The notes under the pieces were generated by a model, which saw only the letters and a program-made list of their open reading frames with translations, ran no database searches and was not told the DNA's origin. From IMG/VR virus record IMGVR_UViG_3300025421_000001: a stretch of 64,000 nt of DNA. One strand, written 5' to 3'. The position numbers and the translations under genes were made by a program. The DNA comes from an uncultured virus (IMG/VR IMGVR_UViG_3300025421_000001) (taxonomy: Duplodnaviria > Heunggongvirae > Uroviricota > Caudoviricetes). Positions 1-10,174 of this stretch are shown in pieces. Each line of letters opens with the position of its first letter. Within the stretch, counting starts at the first letter, position 1.

Positions 1-153
1 TTCTCAGGGCGCTACGGGCTCGCAGGGAGCCACCGGCTCACAAGGCCCGCAGGGTTTCCAAGGCAACCAGGGTCTAACCGGTTCTCAGGGCGCTACGGGT
101 TCGCAGGGAGCCACCGGCTCACAAGGCCCGCAGGGTTTCCAAGGCAACCAGGG
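1..153 (+). repeat. 81-bp-period tandem duplication in collagen-coding DNA
   Basis: 1-72 recurs at 82-153 with one mismatch. Confidence 0.85.
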
Positions 154-1246
154 TTTTCAGGGTAATCAAGGTTCAACCGGTTCAAAAGGCGACACCGGTT
201 CACAGGGTCCACAGGGTTTTCAGGGCAATCAAGGAAACCAGGGTTATCAAGGTCCACAAGGTTATCAATCCTCTGTTCAAGGACCACAGGGTAATCAGGG
301 TTATCAAGGAACACAAGGGACCCAGGGCACAACTGGTACTCAAGGAGCCACTGGTTCTCAAGGTCCACAAGGTTTTCAAGGTACTCAAGGAGCCACTGGT
401 TCTCAAGGTCCACAAGGCACAGCAGGAACAAATGGTTTGCAGGGACCACAGGGCTATCAAGGCGTTCCTGGAGCACCAACCGGAAGTGTTTTTGAATGGG
501 CTGGAGCACAAGCTGCAGTTCCTTCTGGATATCTTCTTTGTAACGGCGCATCAGTAAGCACAACAACATATGCAGCATTATTTGCTGTATTGGGTTACAC
601 ATGGGGAGGATCGGGTGCTTCATTTAACCTTCCCAATTTTGTTAACTATATGAGCATTGGTGCAGGTGGAACCTATTCCCTTGGTTCATCTGGTGGTTCT
701 GCAACAACAACAATTTCTGTTTCAAATATGCCTTCTCACAGTCACGGCGTAAGTGATCCAAATCACAGTCACACAGTAAGCATTACAGACCCTGGTCACA
801 CTCACGTAGTTTCAGTTAGCGAAACTGCTCACAGTCACACAGTTAACATAACCGATCCCGGTCACGGTCACACGGTTGCAATTTCAGACCCTGGCCATAC
901 TCATAGTTCTGGATCTTATGCTTTTATGGTATACAATACTGGTGGTGGTGGAAACTTTTATGGTACCGGAACCCCTAGTAACCACTTTGGTACTGCTAAC
1001 CCAACTCAATCTGCAACAACTGGAATAACTGCTTCAGCCAACTCATCGACTACGGGTATAACATCAAGCGGCACAGGGGCTACTTCTACCGGCATTACGG
1101 CCTCTGCAACGTCACACACAGCTGGAATTAGTTCAAGCGGTACGGGAAGTTCTGCAACAGGAGTAACCACAACATCAACCGGTTCTGGAACCGCAGTAAC
1201 GACAATATCCCCGTATGTTGCAATATACAAAATAATTAAAATATAG
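2..1246 (+). CDS. Collagen-like tail fibre with tail-collar domain (5' end outside window)
   Basis: Frame open from base 2 with G-X-Q/G-X-T triplets; collar motif PTGSVFEWAG..VPSGYLLCNG..YAALFAVLGYTWGG; repeated HSH/HTH motifs. Confidence 0.85.
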   Translation, partial: SQGATGSQGATGSQGPQGFQGNQGLTGSQGATGSQGATGSQGPQGFQGNQGFQGNQGSTGSKGDTGSQGPQGFQGNQGNQGYQGPQGYQSSVQGPQGNQGYQGTQGTQGTTGTQGATGSQGPQGFQGTQGATGSQGPQGTAGTNGLQGPQGYQGVPGAPTGSVFEWAGAQAAVPSGYLLCNGASVSTTTYAALFAVLGYTWGGSGASFNLPNFVNYMSIGAGGTYSLGSSGGSATTTISVSNMPSHSHGVSDPNHSHTVSITDPGHTHVVSVSETAHSHTVNITDPGHGHTVAISDPGHTHSSGSYAFMVYNTGGGGNFYGTGTPSNHFGTANPTQSATTGITASANSSTTGITSSGTGATSTGITASATSHTAGISSSGTGSSATGVTTTSTGSGTAVTTISPYVAIYKIIKI

Positions 1247-1326
1247 TTTAAACCCTTGCATTAGTATGGTACAATAATTATTGGACCGTTTAATTTGGGA
1301 TTTAACGCCCAAAAATAGGAATCCTT

Positions 1327-2028
1327 ATGGCACAGCCTGTAACTAATCTAACTGCACTTTGGGTGCAAAATGTTGGAATCCAATTATCTTGGACCGCCGC
1401 TTCAGACGTTACCACCTCTTCAACATATGAAATTTATGCGTTAAAAAATACGCCAATAGTCGACTTTCCTGTTAACTATCAATATGTAGAATTTTCACAA
1501 GTTCGTCCAGAGAGTTCACTTATAACCGGTAGCGGAACAAGAGTTTTACAACCACCTGCTACAACAGCAATTTTTCCATGGTCGTCAGTTTTGCAACTTG
1601 GCGTTGGTAGTAGTTTACCGCTTGCTGTAACAATTCAAATTGTCCATGCAGACGGCGAAGGAAATGAAAGTAACGGATTGACCGTAACTGCATATCCTTC
1701 AAAAACTATAAATAATACATTAGCTCCTCATTTTCCAAATACTATGAAATTTGATCCAAATTTTGGAAATGTAATTGTAAACGAACAAGATTCAAATGAC
1801 GAAGTAACAGCGAGCGTTGAAATGCTTTTAGGATCTGTTATTGGACAAAGATCAGCAGTTCCAGGTTATGGCCTTGACGACATGCCACTTAATCAAATAA
1901 ATGTTGCAAACATTCAAAAAGCTATTTCTAAGTGGGAAACAAGGGCAAAGACAACTGTAAGTCTTCAATACGATAACTACAACAACGCCACATTGAATGT
2001 AAAAATTCAAAACAATGGAAGGTCATAA
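1327..2028 (+). CDS. FN3-like N-terminus fused to gp25/GpW-like baseplate wedge domain
   Basis: C-terminal VEMLLGSVIGQRSAVPGYGL...IQKAISKWETR resembles gp25; lies before the baseplate J-like gene. Confidence 0.65.
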   Translation: MAQPVTNLTALWVQNVGIQLSWTAASDVTTSSTYEIYALKNTPIVDFPVNYQYVEFSQVRPESSLITGSGTRVLQPPATTAIFPWSSVLQLGVGSSLPLAVTIQIVHADGEGNESNGLTVTAYPSKTINNTLAPHFPNTMKFDPNFGNVIVNEQDSNDEVTASVEMLLGSVIGQRSAVPGYGLDDMPLNQINVANIQKAISKWETRAKTTVSLQYDNYNNATLNVKIQNNGRS

Positions 2029-4832
2029 TGACACAATTAAACGGTTACATTGACATACCGATCACAACCGACAGTAAAACGTTGGTTCAGACGGCTCTTG
2101 CCAATATTGCTACTCAACTTCCTGGGTGGGTTCCGCGTGAAGGAAATTTAGAAGTTCTTCTTTTAGAAGAATTTGGACAAATGGCAGCAGAAGTTGCTAC
2201 AGCCGCATCAACCGTACCTGCATCAATTTTTAAATATTTTGGTGGTCTTTTGGGCCTTACTCAACAAACTGGTATTGAAGCTCAAATCAGAACACTTTGG
2301 ACGCTTGTTGCCGCCCCTCCTGTTGGTGGATATTTTATTCCCTCAGGAACCGTAGCGGGATTTAATTATCAGGGCACAACATATAATTTTACAACGATGG
2401 CTGATGTAACAATTCCATCGTCAAGCGCACTTTCAACTGCAACGGGTGACGGAACAACATCCACCCTAACAACTTCAGCAAATCACAACTTTGTTGCCGG
2501 AACAATCGTTACGGTTTCTGGAGATACAACAAATAAATACAACGGCACCTACACAATAATCTCAACACCAACACCAACAACGTTTACAATTTCAAGCACT
2601 GTTTCTGGAACAACAAGTCTTAGTAGTGCAAAGGCATCGGTGCAATCAGCATTTATTGAAATGCAAGCTGTCGATGTTGGAGCTGCTTACAATATTTACA
2701 CAATTTCTGGTCTTAATCCTTTAACTACATACTTAAACCCTCTTGTAACGTCGCCATTTCTTGCAAGCATTATTGTTACAGCAACGGCATCAACAGATAC
2801 AAGTCTTGCAACAGGAACCGATGCAGAAACAGACTCTAATTACTTAAATAGATTAGTTAATGAACTTTCTCTTATTGCTCCACGTCCAATTACAACAAAT
2901 GACTATGCTCAACTTTCTCAAAATGTAGTTGGAATTTTCCGTGCTCTTGCTGTTGATGGATTTAATCCATACAGCAATATGTACACCGCGAATGATGCAA
3001 ACTTAGCAACCGCTGTTGCAAATAATTACACAGCAGTTGGAAATGGAACAACAACGCTTCCCACCGTATCCCTTACTGGCGGTGCTCTTGTCGTAACCGC
3101 CGCTTCTATTTCAGGAACAACTACAACTGCATCGGTTACCACATCATCAACGTCTATGACTGTAAATGCTGCAAATCTTGCAACAACAGTCAGTTCGGCA
3201 AATCCAGCAATTGTCTACATTGAAGATGACACAAATGGAGACGAAATTGTTATTGTTACTGCCGTAGGTGGATCAAGTAATAAAACTTGGACATTGCTTT
3301 CAGGGACTACGTTTAAATATTCACATGGTTCTGGCGTGACAGTAACGCCACTTCAGGGCGTTGCAACACCAAAGATTTCATCTCTTAACCCAAATACCGC
3401 CTACCTTCAATCGTCCGCAATTGTTCAATGTGAAACGGATACTACTGGCGTAGCAACACCATACGTTGTTTCTGCGGTTACATATTTTGATGGATCAATA
3501 AAAATCTTCTCATCTGGGTTGCCGCTTTCTGATTCTCTTTACGACTACACAAGTCTTCCAAAAACCGTTGTTGCAAACATTAGTTCTTATGAAGGTGGAT
3601 TTATCGCTCCAACAAATCCTTCAAGCACATACAACACCATTAAGTCGTACGCAACTTCTGTGCAAACATACATTGTTTGGATGAATGCAACATCAACAAA
3701 AACTCACAAAATTTTTAATGTTGCACTTAATCAAACTGGATTTGACTTTTCTACTAATGGATTAGAATCTAGTTCCCTTGTTACAAACGATTACAATTGG
3801 ATACCAGATTCTAATCTTGCGGCGTACGCTAGTTCTGGTGCCTCAAAAGCATCGTGGACAATTGATGCGGGAATATACCCACTTCCTGGATACGGAATTC
3901 AATTTCAAGGAACTGGATCTGCTTTGGGATCAGCGCTTAATGCCAAGTCTCAAATATTCAATATTCCAAACACAACAACAACGAACTTTACGGCGGTTGC
4001 AAACATTGACGCAACTTACACTGGTTCTACATACGGGGACATTGTTGTAAAAGTTATTAACGCAACAACTGGTGCAACAATAGCTTCTGCCTCCCCAACA
4101 TCAGCAACTTATCAAACGGTTGTAGTACCATTTACGATCTCCTCAGGAACATCTGCTGACATCTATTTAGACATTACATTTAATACTGGTTTAAACGTTC
4201 CATTGATTTCAAGTGTTATTGTTTCTGGAATGAGCATGCTTTATGGCACTCACTCATCAATTGAATTGAGTCAATCTGAATTAGAGCCAGGATATGCTTG
4301 GACACCGGGTGGACAATTTATAAGCAATGTTTTTAACAATGCACGCACTGTTGCAGTTGCGCCAGTTGATGGAAATGGTCTTGCCGTTACTTCAAGCGTT
4401 GCAGACTATTTACACGATTACCTTGGATCAAGACGTGAAATTAACTTTAATGTAGCCGTTATAAATCCAAATTATATTCCCATTAATGTTCAGTGGTCAG
4501 GAATTGCCCTTCAAGGATATGATCCTGTTGTTGTTCAAGCCGCAGGAACTGCAGCAATCTACGCTTTCATCAACCCATCAACGTGGGGCGGTGGAGGAAA
4601 CTCACCAGCGTTCTGGGACAGTACTCAAAATACGGTTAGAATTCTTGACATTGCCGGTGTGTTATCTCAAATTGCTGGAATATCAACCGTAACATCAATT
4701 GTTATGGGAACAGGAAATACTCTAACCTCTTCTGACATATTTCTTTCTGGAACAGCGCCACTTCCGGTCGCTAATTCTATTACTGGTTCGGTTATTTCTA
4801 ATGCTCTCAACTCAACAATTGGTGGCGTCTAA
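2028..4832 (+). CDS. Baseplate J-like protein with large beta-rich insertions
   Basis: GTDAETDSNYLNRL and RPITTNDYAQL motifs; N-terminal LPGWVPREGNLEVLLLE. Confidence 0.8.
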   Translation: MTQLNGYIDIPITTDSKTLVQTALANIATQLPGWVPREGNLEVLLLEEFGQMAAEVATAASTVPASIFKYFGGLLGLTQQTGIEAQIRTLWTLVAAPPVGGYFIPSGTVAGFNYQGTTYNFTTMADVTIPSSSALSTATGDGTTSTLTTSANHNFVAGTIVTVSGDTTNKYNGTYTIISTPTPTTFTISSTVSGTTSLSSAKASVQSAFIEMQAVDVGAAYNIYTISGLNPLTTYLNPLVTSPFLASIIVTATASTDTSLATGTDAETDSNYLNRLVNELSLIAPRPITTNDYAQLSQNVVGIFRALAVDGFNPYSNMYTANDANLATAVANNYTAVGNGTTTLPTVSLTGGALVVTAASISGTTTTASVTTSSTSMTVNAANLATTVSSANPAIVYIEDDTNGDEIVIVTAVGGSSNKTWTLLSGTTFKYSHGSGVTVTPLQGVATPKISSLNPNTAYLQSSAIVQCETDTTGVATPYVVSAVTYFDGSIKIFSSGLPLSDSLYDYTSLPKTVVANISSYEGGFIAPTNPSSTYNTIKSYATSVQTYIVWMNATSTKTHKIFNVALNQTGFDFSTNGLESSSLVTNDYNWIPDSNLAAYASSGASKASWTIDAGIYPLPGYGIQFQGTGSALGSALNAKSQIFNIPNTTTTNFTAVANIDATYTGSTYGDIVVKVINATTGATIASASPTSATYQTVVVPFTISSGTSADIYLDITFNTGLNVPLISSVIVSGMSMLYGTHSSIELSQSELEPGYAWTPGGQFISNVFNNARTVAVAPVDGNGLAVTSSVADYLHDYLGSRREINFNVAVINPNYIPINVQWSGIALQGYDPVVVQAAGTAAIYAFINPSTWGGGGNSPAFWDSTQNTVRILDIAGVLSQIAGISTVTSIVMGTGNTLTSSDIFLSGTAPLPVANSITGSVISNALNSTIGGV

Positions 4833-6022
4833 TGGCGTCGGAACTAGTATCATTACCCTCAAGTGTTCTTAATAACGTTTATACGTTTTATGCAAACACT
4901 AATTCTCACAATCAAAACATAACTGGAATATCGGATGTTTCTAGAATTGGCGTTGGAATGCTTATTTCTGGGAGCTGCATAAGCCCAGGAACAACTGTGG
5001 TTTCAGTTGGTCAAAACTCAATAATCATAAGTGAGTCGCCAACACAAACACTTACTGGCGTAAATTTGACTGTTGGTGATTCTTCATATTTTGTAGATTC
5101 AATATATAACGCATTACCACAATTTATTCAAGATGGTGACGCAACCCAAGCACCTATACAATATCCAATGTATAAATATCTTTGGGGCATGGGTTCGATT
5201 GTAGAAAATCAAATTAACTCTTTGGTACAAGATGGAGCAGGAAAATTTGGATTTTACGATTCAGCGTATGCGTATGCACCAGGTTGGTCACAGGCTTTAG
5301 ATATTGATCGTTGCCCAGAATTTGCTCTGCCATGGCTTGCACAATTTGTGGGCGTAACATCTGAGTCTTTTGTTGAATTAAATCTTGCTCAGAAAAAAGA
5401 TAAGATTATTAATCGTTCCGGATTTCAAAGGGGAACGGGAAAAACTATCGTAAGTGCTCTTGTTACAGAAATTAACTACAAAACTGCCTCTCTTAATGAA
5501 ACACCTATAACTGCTGGTCAGGTAGTTGTTATGGAACAAACAGCATTGGCTACAGTATCATTTTTAGGCAACACAGCAAGTGGAAGCACCATTACTGGTA
5601 TAGTCAGCACATCTGGCCTTGCTAACGGAATGTATGTTTATGGTCCAGGCATTCCTGGAAATACAACAATTACAAATGTTTCTTCTAGTTCCATTACATT
5701 AAGTCACAATGTTACGTTGACACAAAATGGTGTTTCTTTTAATGCCACAACAGGAAAAACATACGTGCCAGACCAGTATGCTATGGTTGTTCTTATGCCA
5801 ACTGTTTATTTTAATAACTATTCATATGTAACATTGGCATCTTCATTGACCGGCAACGGTTCTGTTACCTATTCAACACTTGACAGTGCAATTAATGCAC
5901 TTGGTTCTAGCGGTTATGAAAACCTTTTTTTAGACTCTGTTCCAAAGTCAAATTCTGCTTTTGCACCATTCATTTATAAATATCGCCCTGCCGGTGTGCA
6001 GGTTTACGTTGGGGGCTATTAA
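4832..6022 (+). CDS. Baseplate/tail protein, P2 gpI-like
   Basis: LDIDRCPEFALPWLAQFVG motif; C-terminal YRPAGV; follows the J-like gene. Confidence 0.7.
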   Translation: MASELVSLPSSVLNNVYTFYANTNSHNQNITGISDVSRIGVGMLISGSCISPGTTVVSVGQNSIIISESPTQTLTGVNLTVGDSSYFVDSIYNALPQFIQDGDATQAPIQYPMYKYLWGMGSIVENQINSLVQDGAGKFGFYDSAYAYAPGWSQALDIDRCPEFALPWLAQFVGVTSESFVELNLAQKKDKIINRSGFQRGTGKTIVSALVTEINYKTASLNETPITAGQVVVMEQTALATVSFLGNTASGSTITGIVSTSGLANGMYVYGPGIPGNTTITNVSSSSITLSHNVTLTQNGVSFNATTGKTYVPDQYAMVVLMPTVYFNNYSYVTLASSLTGNGSVTYSTLDSAINALGSSGYENLFLDSVPKSNSAFAPFIYKYRPAGVQVYVGGY

Positions 6023-7218
6023 TGCCAAATACTTCACGACTGGGTCTTCACTACCCAGCAGCAAATGATCAAGCCAATATTCCTACGGATATACAAACTC
6101 TTGCAGGAGAGCTTGATTCTATTGTAACGGCTTTTTATCAATCGTCTTCTCAGCCAACCGCTGAGCAAGGAGCGCTTTGGTGGAACACGTCTACACAAAT
6201 TTTAAATTATTCAGATGGAACAACTTGGTATGCAGTATCTGATGAAATTATTGTTTCAACAACTACACCATCAGTTATATCTGCTGGTCAATTTTGGTTC
6301 AATCCAAATACAAGTCTTTTTCAATACTACAACGGTTCAACGTATCAAAACGTAATTCCAGCAATTACGGTTAATGGTCAATACTTAACGTCAAGTTCAA
6401 CTGGCCCCGTATGGACAACACTTCCATCGTCATTTCCACCAAATGGTTCGGCTGGCGGAGACTTGACAGGAACTTATCCAAATCCAACACTTTCTTCTGT
6501 TGGAACGGCAAACACATATGGTTCCGCAACAGCAATCCCAGTTATAACAACCGACTCAAAGGGTCGTGTAACTTCTGTTACAACTGCAACACCAAATGAC
6601 ACATCCAAACTTCCACTTACGGGTGGAACAATGTCAAATAGTATTGCAATGGGATCTAACAAGATTACTGGACTCGCAAACGGAACAACATCTACAGACG
6701 CAGCAGCTTTTGGTCAAATCCCTACTGCTCTTTCTCAACTTTCTGGAACGCTTGCGGTTTCTTCTGGTGGTACGGGTGTAACTAGTTCTACAGGAACTGG
6801 ATCAAACGTTCTTTCAATCAACTCAGTATTAACTGGTCCTCTTGAAAATGTAAACATTATTAACTCAGGTGCAAGTGGAACAATTAACGTCTATGCAGCT
6901 ACATCTACTATTAATTTTTACAATGCTAATTCAACCGGTAATTTTGTAATTAACGTAGCTGGAAGTTCTGGAGTAACCCTAAACAACCTTATGGCCGTAG
7001 GTCAGTCAATTACTGTTTCTGTCTTTAACACAAATGGTTCAACGGCTTACTACATGACTGGTTTTACAGTTGATGGAAATGCTATTACGCCAAAGTGGCT
7101 TGGTGCCTCTTCGCCTGGCGCTGGTGATGCAAACTCAACCGACATTTACACCTTTGTTATTATCAAAACAGCAGCCAATACTTACACCGTACTTGGCTCA
7201 TTGTCACAATTCGCTTAG
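6022..7218 (+). CDS. Tail fibre protein
   Basis: Ser/Thr/Gly-rich; ITTDSKGRVT and KITGLANGT repeats; C-terminal domain paralogous to that of 17821..22182. Confidence 0.75.
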   Translation: MPNTSRLGLHYPAANDQANIPTDIQTLAGELDSIVTAFYQSSSQPTAEQGALWWNTSTQILNYSDGTTWYAVSDEIIVSTTTPSVISAGQFWFNPNTSLFQYYNGSTYQNVIPAITVNGQYLTSSSTGPVWTTLPSSFPPNGSAGGDLTGTYPNPTLSSVGTANTYGSATAIPVITTDSKGRVTSVTTATPNDTSKLPLTGGTMSNSIAMGSNKITGLANGTTSTDAAAFGQIPTALSQLSGTLAVSSGGTGVTSSTGTGSNVLSINSVLTGPLENVNIINSGASGTINVYAATSTINFYNANSTGNFVINVAGSSGVTLNNLMAVGQSITVSVFNTNGSTAYYMTGFTVDGNAITPKWLGASSPGAGDANSTDIYTFVIIKTAANTYTVLGSLSQFA

Positions 7219-7227
7219 GATGTAATT

Positions 7228-8238
7228 ATGCCAATTATTGGAACTTCATCGGGGGATAGCGCAAGAGGAGAAGGTTTTCTTTACTTACAAGTTCCTCAGG
7301 CACCAATTAACGTCAGTGCTACAGTAATTGACACACAACACGTAAGTGTTTCTTTTACACCAGCACCTTACGGACCAGCTGCACGTAGCTTTACTGTCAC
7401 ATCCTCTGTTGGTGGATGGACCGCAACAGGAACATCAAGCCCAATAACAGTATTTATTAATACGCTATCAAGTGGACAAAGCTACAGTTTTACCGTTACG
7501 GCAAAGAATAAAATTGGAAGCAGTATCTCTAGCAACTCTAGTAATTCTGTTGTTCCATACACATATGTTCCACCTCCACCTCCACCACCGCCATACGTTC
7601 CGCCATACGTTCCGCCATACGTTCCGCCATACGTTCCGCCATACGTTCCGCCATATGTTCCGCCATATGTAGCACCATATGCTCCACCACCTTATACAGG
7701 TGGTGGTGGTTGCTTCCTTGTTGGAACACCGGTTCTCATGGCCGATGGTTCATACAGAGGAATTGAAACGCTCAAAGTTGCCGATCAACTCATGACCGCC
7801 GTAATTCCTACATATCCAAATGGAGAAAATCAAAGACTTTGGTATCCTGCCAGCGTTTGGTCGTTGCCAGAATCAGAAATTGGTGGAACAACACTCGGTT
7901 TAACAACCGTTGTTGCAACAAGAAAAGTTCTTATGACAGGGCATTATGTCATAAATGATGACATACTTGTTACGGGAGAACACTTTTTCTTTATAAACAG
8001 ATCAGGTATTTGGCAATTTATGAATGTATGGAGCATTCTTGAAGGCGACATTATGCTTAATAATGAGCTTAAAGAAGTTCCAGTCAGAAGCATTACAACT
8101 GTGTCAGGAATTACAAACGTTATTCAATTAACCGTTGGTCCAAACGACCTATTCTTTGGAAGTAATATACTTACACACAATACTAAGGTAAATCCTGGTG
8201 AGCCACCTCCAGCTCCAACAACAACAGCAACTTTCTAA
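7228..8238 (+). CDS. FN3 + extensin-like (PPYV)n linker + Hint (intein-like) domain protein
   Basis: Hint at 7711-8181: CFLVGTPVLMADGS, TGEH (block B), ILTHN followed by Thr. Confidence 0.85.
   Translation: MPIIGTSSGDSARGEGFLYLQVPQAPINVSATVIDTQHVSVSFTPAPYGPAARSFTVTSSVGGWTATGTSSPITVFINTLSSGQSYSFTVTAKNKIGSSISSNSSNSVVPYTYVPPPPPPPPYVPPYVPPYVPPYVPPYVPPYVPPYVAPYAPPPYTGGGGCFLVGTPVLMADGSYRGIETLKVADQLMTAVIPTYPNGENQRLWYPASVWSLPESEIGGTTLGLTTVVATRKVLMTGHYVINDDILVTGEHFFFINRSGIWQFMNVWSILEGDIMLNNELKEVPVRSITTVSGITNVIQLTVGPNDLFFGSNILTHNTKVNPGEPPPAPTTTATF
7588..7671 (+). repeat. 12-bp tandem repeat CCGCCATAYGTT x7 (PPYV)
   Basis: Five exact and two variant copies read directly. Confidence 0.95.
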
Positions 8239-8287
8239 ATTTTATTTAATTTAAATTGGGTATAGACTTTAAAACCTAGGAGGAACC

Positions 8288-8884
8288 ATGAAAGAAATAG
8301 CGCCAGGAATAATTCTATGGGACAACGTATTTCCAGAAGCATTAAAGCTTGTAGAGGAAATTGAAAGTACTCATAAAAATAAACAAAAATGTTGGGAACC
8401 GTCGATGGTCTACAATAAAGATGACGAACCAATTATTGATTCGTACTCAAGAAATTGTGAAATTTTTGGTATTCCCGACACTCTTTATGATTTTGTTCCA
8501 GAAGAAGACCACCCAGAATATTTTAAATTTACAATTTCAAATAAATTTAAAGAAGCATTTAGACCGTGTTACGAAGATTACATTAGTAAGTTTCATGTGG
8601 AAAACAATAATCAATATGATAATTACAGTATTTTAAAATACGGTTCTGGTCAAAAATTTATTAAACATGTTGATGATGGAAAAAAATGCCCTAGAAGAGT
8701 TTCTCTTGTTTACTACATAAATGATAATTATGAAGGCGGAGAAATAGTCTTCCCCAACTGGTCATTGAGCCTAAAGCCTAAAGCTAATCAACTTCTTATG
8801 TTTCCTTCTAATTTTATGTATGCTCATGAAGTTAAACCGGTTACAAATGGAACAAGGTATTCGGTGGTGCAATGGCTCTACTAG
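8288..8884 (+). CDS. 2OG-Fe(II) oxygenase, prolyl-4-hydroxylase-like
   Basis: HVD...YINDNYEGGE...HEV...R motifs. Confidence 0.9.
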   Translation: MKEIAPGIILWDNVFPEALKLVEEIESTHKNKQKCWEPSMVYNKDDEPIIDSYSRNCEIFGIPDTLYDFVPEEDHPEYFKFTISNKFKEAFRPCYEDYISKFHVENNNQYDNYSILKYGSGQKFIKHVDDGKKCPRRVSLVYYINDNYEGGEIVFPNWSLSLKPKANQLLMFPSNFMYAHEVKPVTNGTRYSVVQWLY

Positions 8885-9453
8885 AACCAAAAATTGTAGA
8901 AAATGTTTTTGATCAAGATTTTTATAATAAACTTTTTGAAGAATTTAAATCAAGTGCAAAAAGTGGTTATTATGAAGAAGGTTTTGGTCGTTACACACTT
9001 GGTCCAAGTGAGGAATCTGCGTTTAAAGAAGCTTTTGATAAGGCAGTAGAAATAGCAAGGGCTGTTTTTAACAAATCAACGCTACTTCCTAGTTACGCAT
9101 TTTTTGCACATTACGAAAAAAAGGGCAATGCTCTACCCTCTCTTTTGCATCACAGAGATGACAATGCCTGTACCTATACTCTGGACATGTGCGTGTATCA
9201 AACAGAGCCGTGGGATCTATATGTTGAAAATTCATCATATACTCTTTACCCAAATCAAGCTCTTGCATACTATGGCAATGATCAGGAACACTGGCGCAAC
9301 GATATGCCCAATCCTGAAGAGCAACACGTTGCAATGATATTTTTTCACTTTGTTGAGCCAGATCATTGGTTTTATAAAAAAGGTCCTTCTTATATAGAGG
9401 TTATTCGCGGAAATGTTTCGGAGGAATCATGGACTATGAATCACCAAAAGTAA
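8872..9453 (+). CDS. 2OG-Fe(II)/DSBH oxygenase-like protein
   Basis: HRD...EHWR...FFH; paralogue of 23840..24391. Confidence 0.7.
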   Translation: MALLEPKIVENVFDQDFYNKLFEEFKSSAKSGYYEEGFGRYTLGPSEESAFKEAFDKAVEIARAVFNKSTLLPSYAFFAHYEKKGNALPSLLHHRDDNACTYTLDMCVYQTEPWDLYVENSSYTLYPNQALAYYGNDQEHWRNDMPNPEEQHVAMIFFHFVEPDHWFYKKGPSYIEVIRGNVSEESWTMNHQK

Positions 9454-10160
9454 GGATTATAAAAAACTTTATTAATCTTGAAGACTGTCAGTTTATAATT
9501 GATTATGCAAAAAATCTAAAATTATGGAATTCTGGAAACGTCAATTCTGAAAGTCACCCAAACGAAGAACATTTAAAAGTTTTTAGCAATCAATGGGATG
9601 GAAGAATTGTTGATCTAAACGCCATTGTAGCAAAAAAAGAACACGATTCTTTTATAAAAAAAGTTTGGGAAATAAAAGAAAAATCAAAGTTTCAGGTAGA
9701 AGATTTCTTTAAAAAAGAGAATGTTTTCTTAGAAACATGGGAAGTTGTTCGTTGGTTTTATCCATACGATCAAAAACCCCACATTGATTACATTGAACCA
9801 GATTTCAACAGGAACACTGACGTTCCGGATAATTTGGATATGTCTTATTTTACAAAAGACGCTGAAGAAATCTATAGAATATATAACACAAAAAAACATT
9901 ACACAAGCATGCTTTATCTAAATGACGATTTCGAAGGCGGGGAGCTTTATTTCCCCACCTATAACAATTTTACAATAAAACCTGAACCAGGAATGCTTGT
10001 TGTATTTAGCGGTGACATAACCATGCCACACGGTATTAATCAAATAACTAGTGGAACTAGATATGTTAATACTGCTTTTTGGTGTCGCCATCCAAAAACA
10101 GGTTATTACGTTACAGAAAATCTTCAAACGGAAACGCTTGAAAAATATTGGGAACATTAA
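9429..10160 (+). CDS. 2OG-Fe(II) oxygenase, prolyl-4-hydroxylase-like
   Basis: HID...YLNDDFEGGELYF...HGI...R. Confidence 0.9.
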   Translation: MDYESPKVRIIKNFINLEDCQFIIDYAKNLKLWNSGNVNSESHPNEEHLKVFSNQWDGRIVDLNAIVAKKEHDSFIKKVWEIKEKSKFQVEDFFKKENVFLETWEVVRWFYPYDQKPHIDYIEPDFNRNTDVPDNLDMSYFTKDAEEIYRIYNTKKHYTSMLYLNDDFEGGELYFPTYNNFTIKPEPGMLVVFSGDITMPHGINQITSGTRYVNTAFWCRHPKTGYYVTENLQTETLEKYWEH

Positions 10161-10174
10161 ACAGAAAGAAACTA

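Noticed and set aside
7711..8181. Mobile homing intein
   Set aside because: No endonuclease domain, near-C-terminal position in a non-enzymatic host protein, and the paralogue lacks a +1 nucleophile
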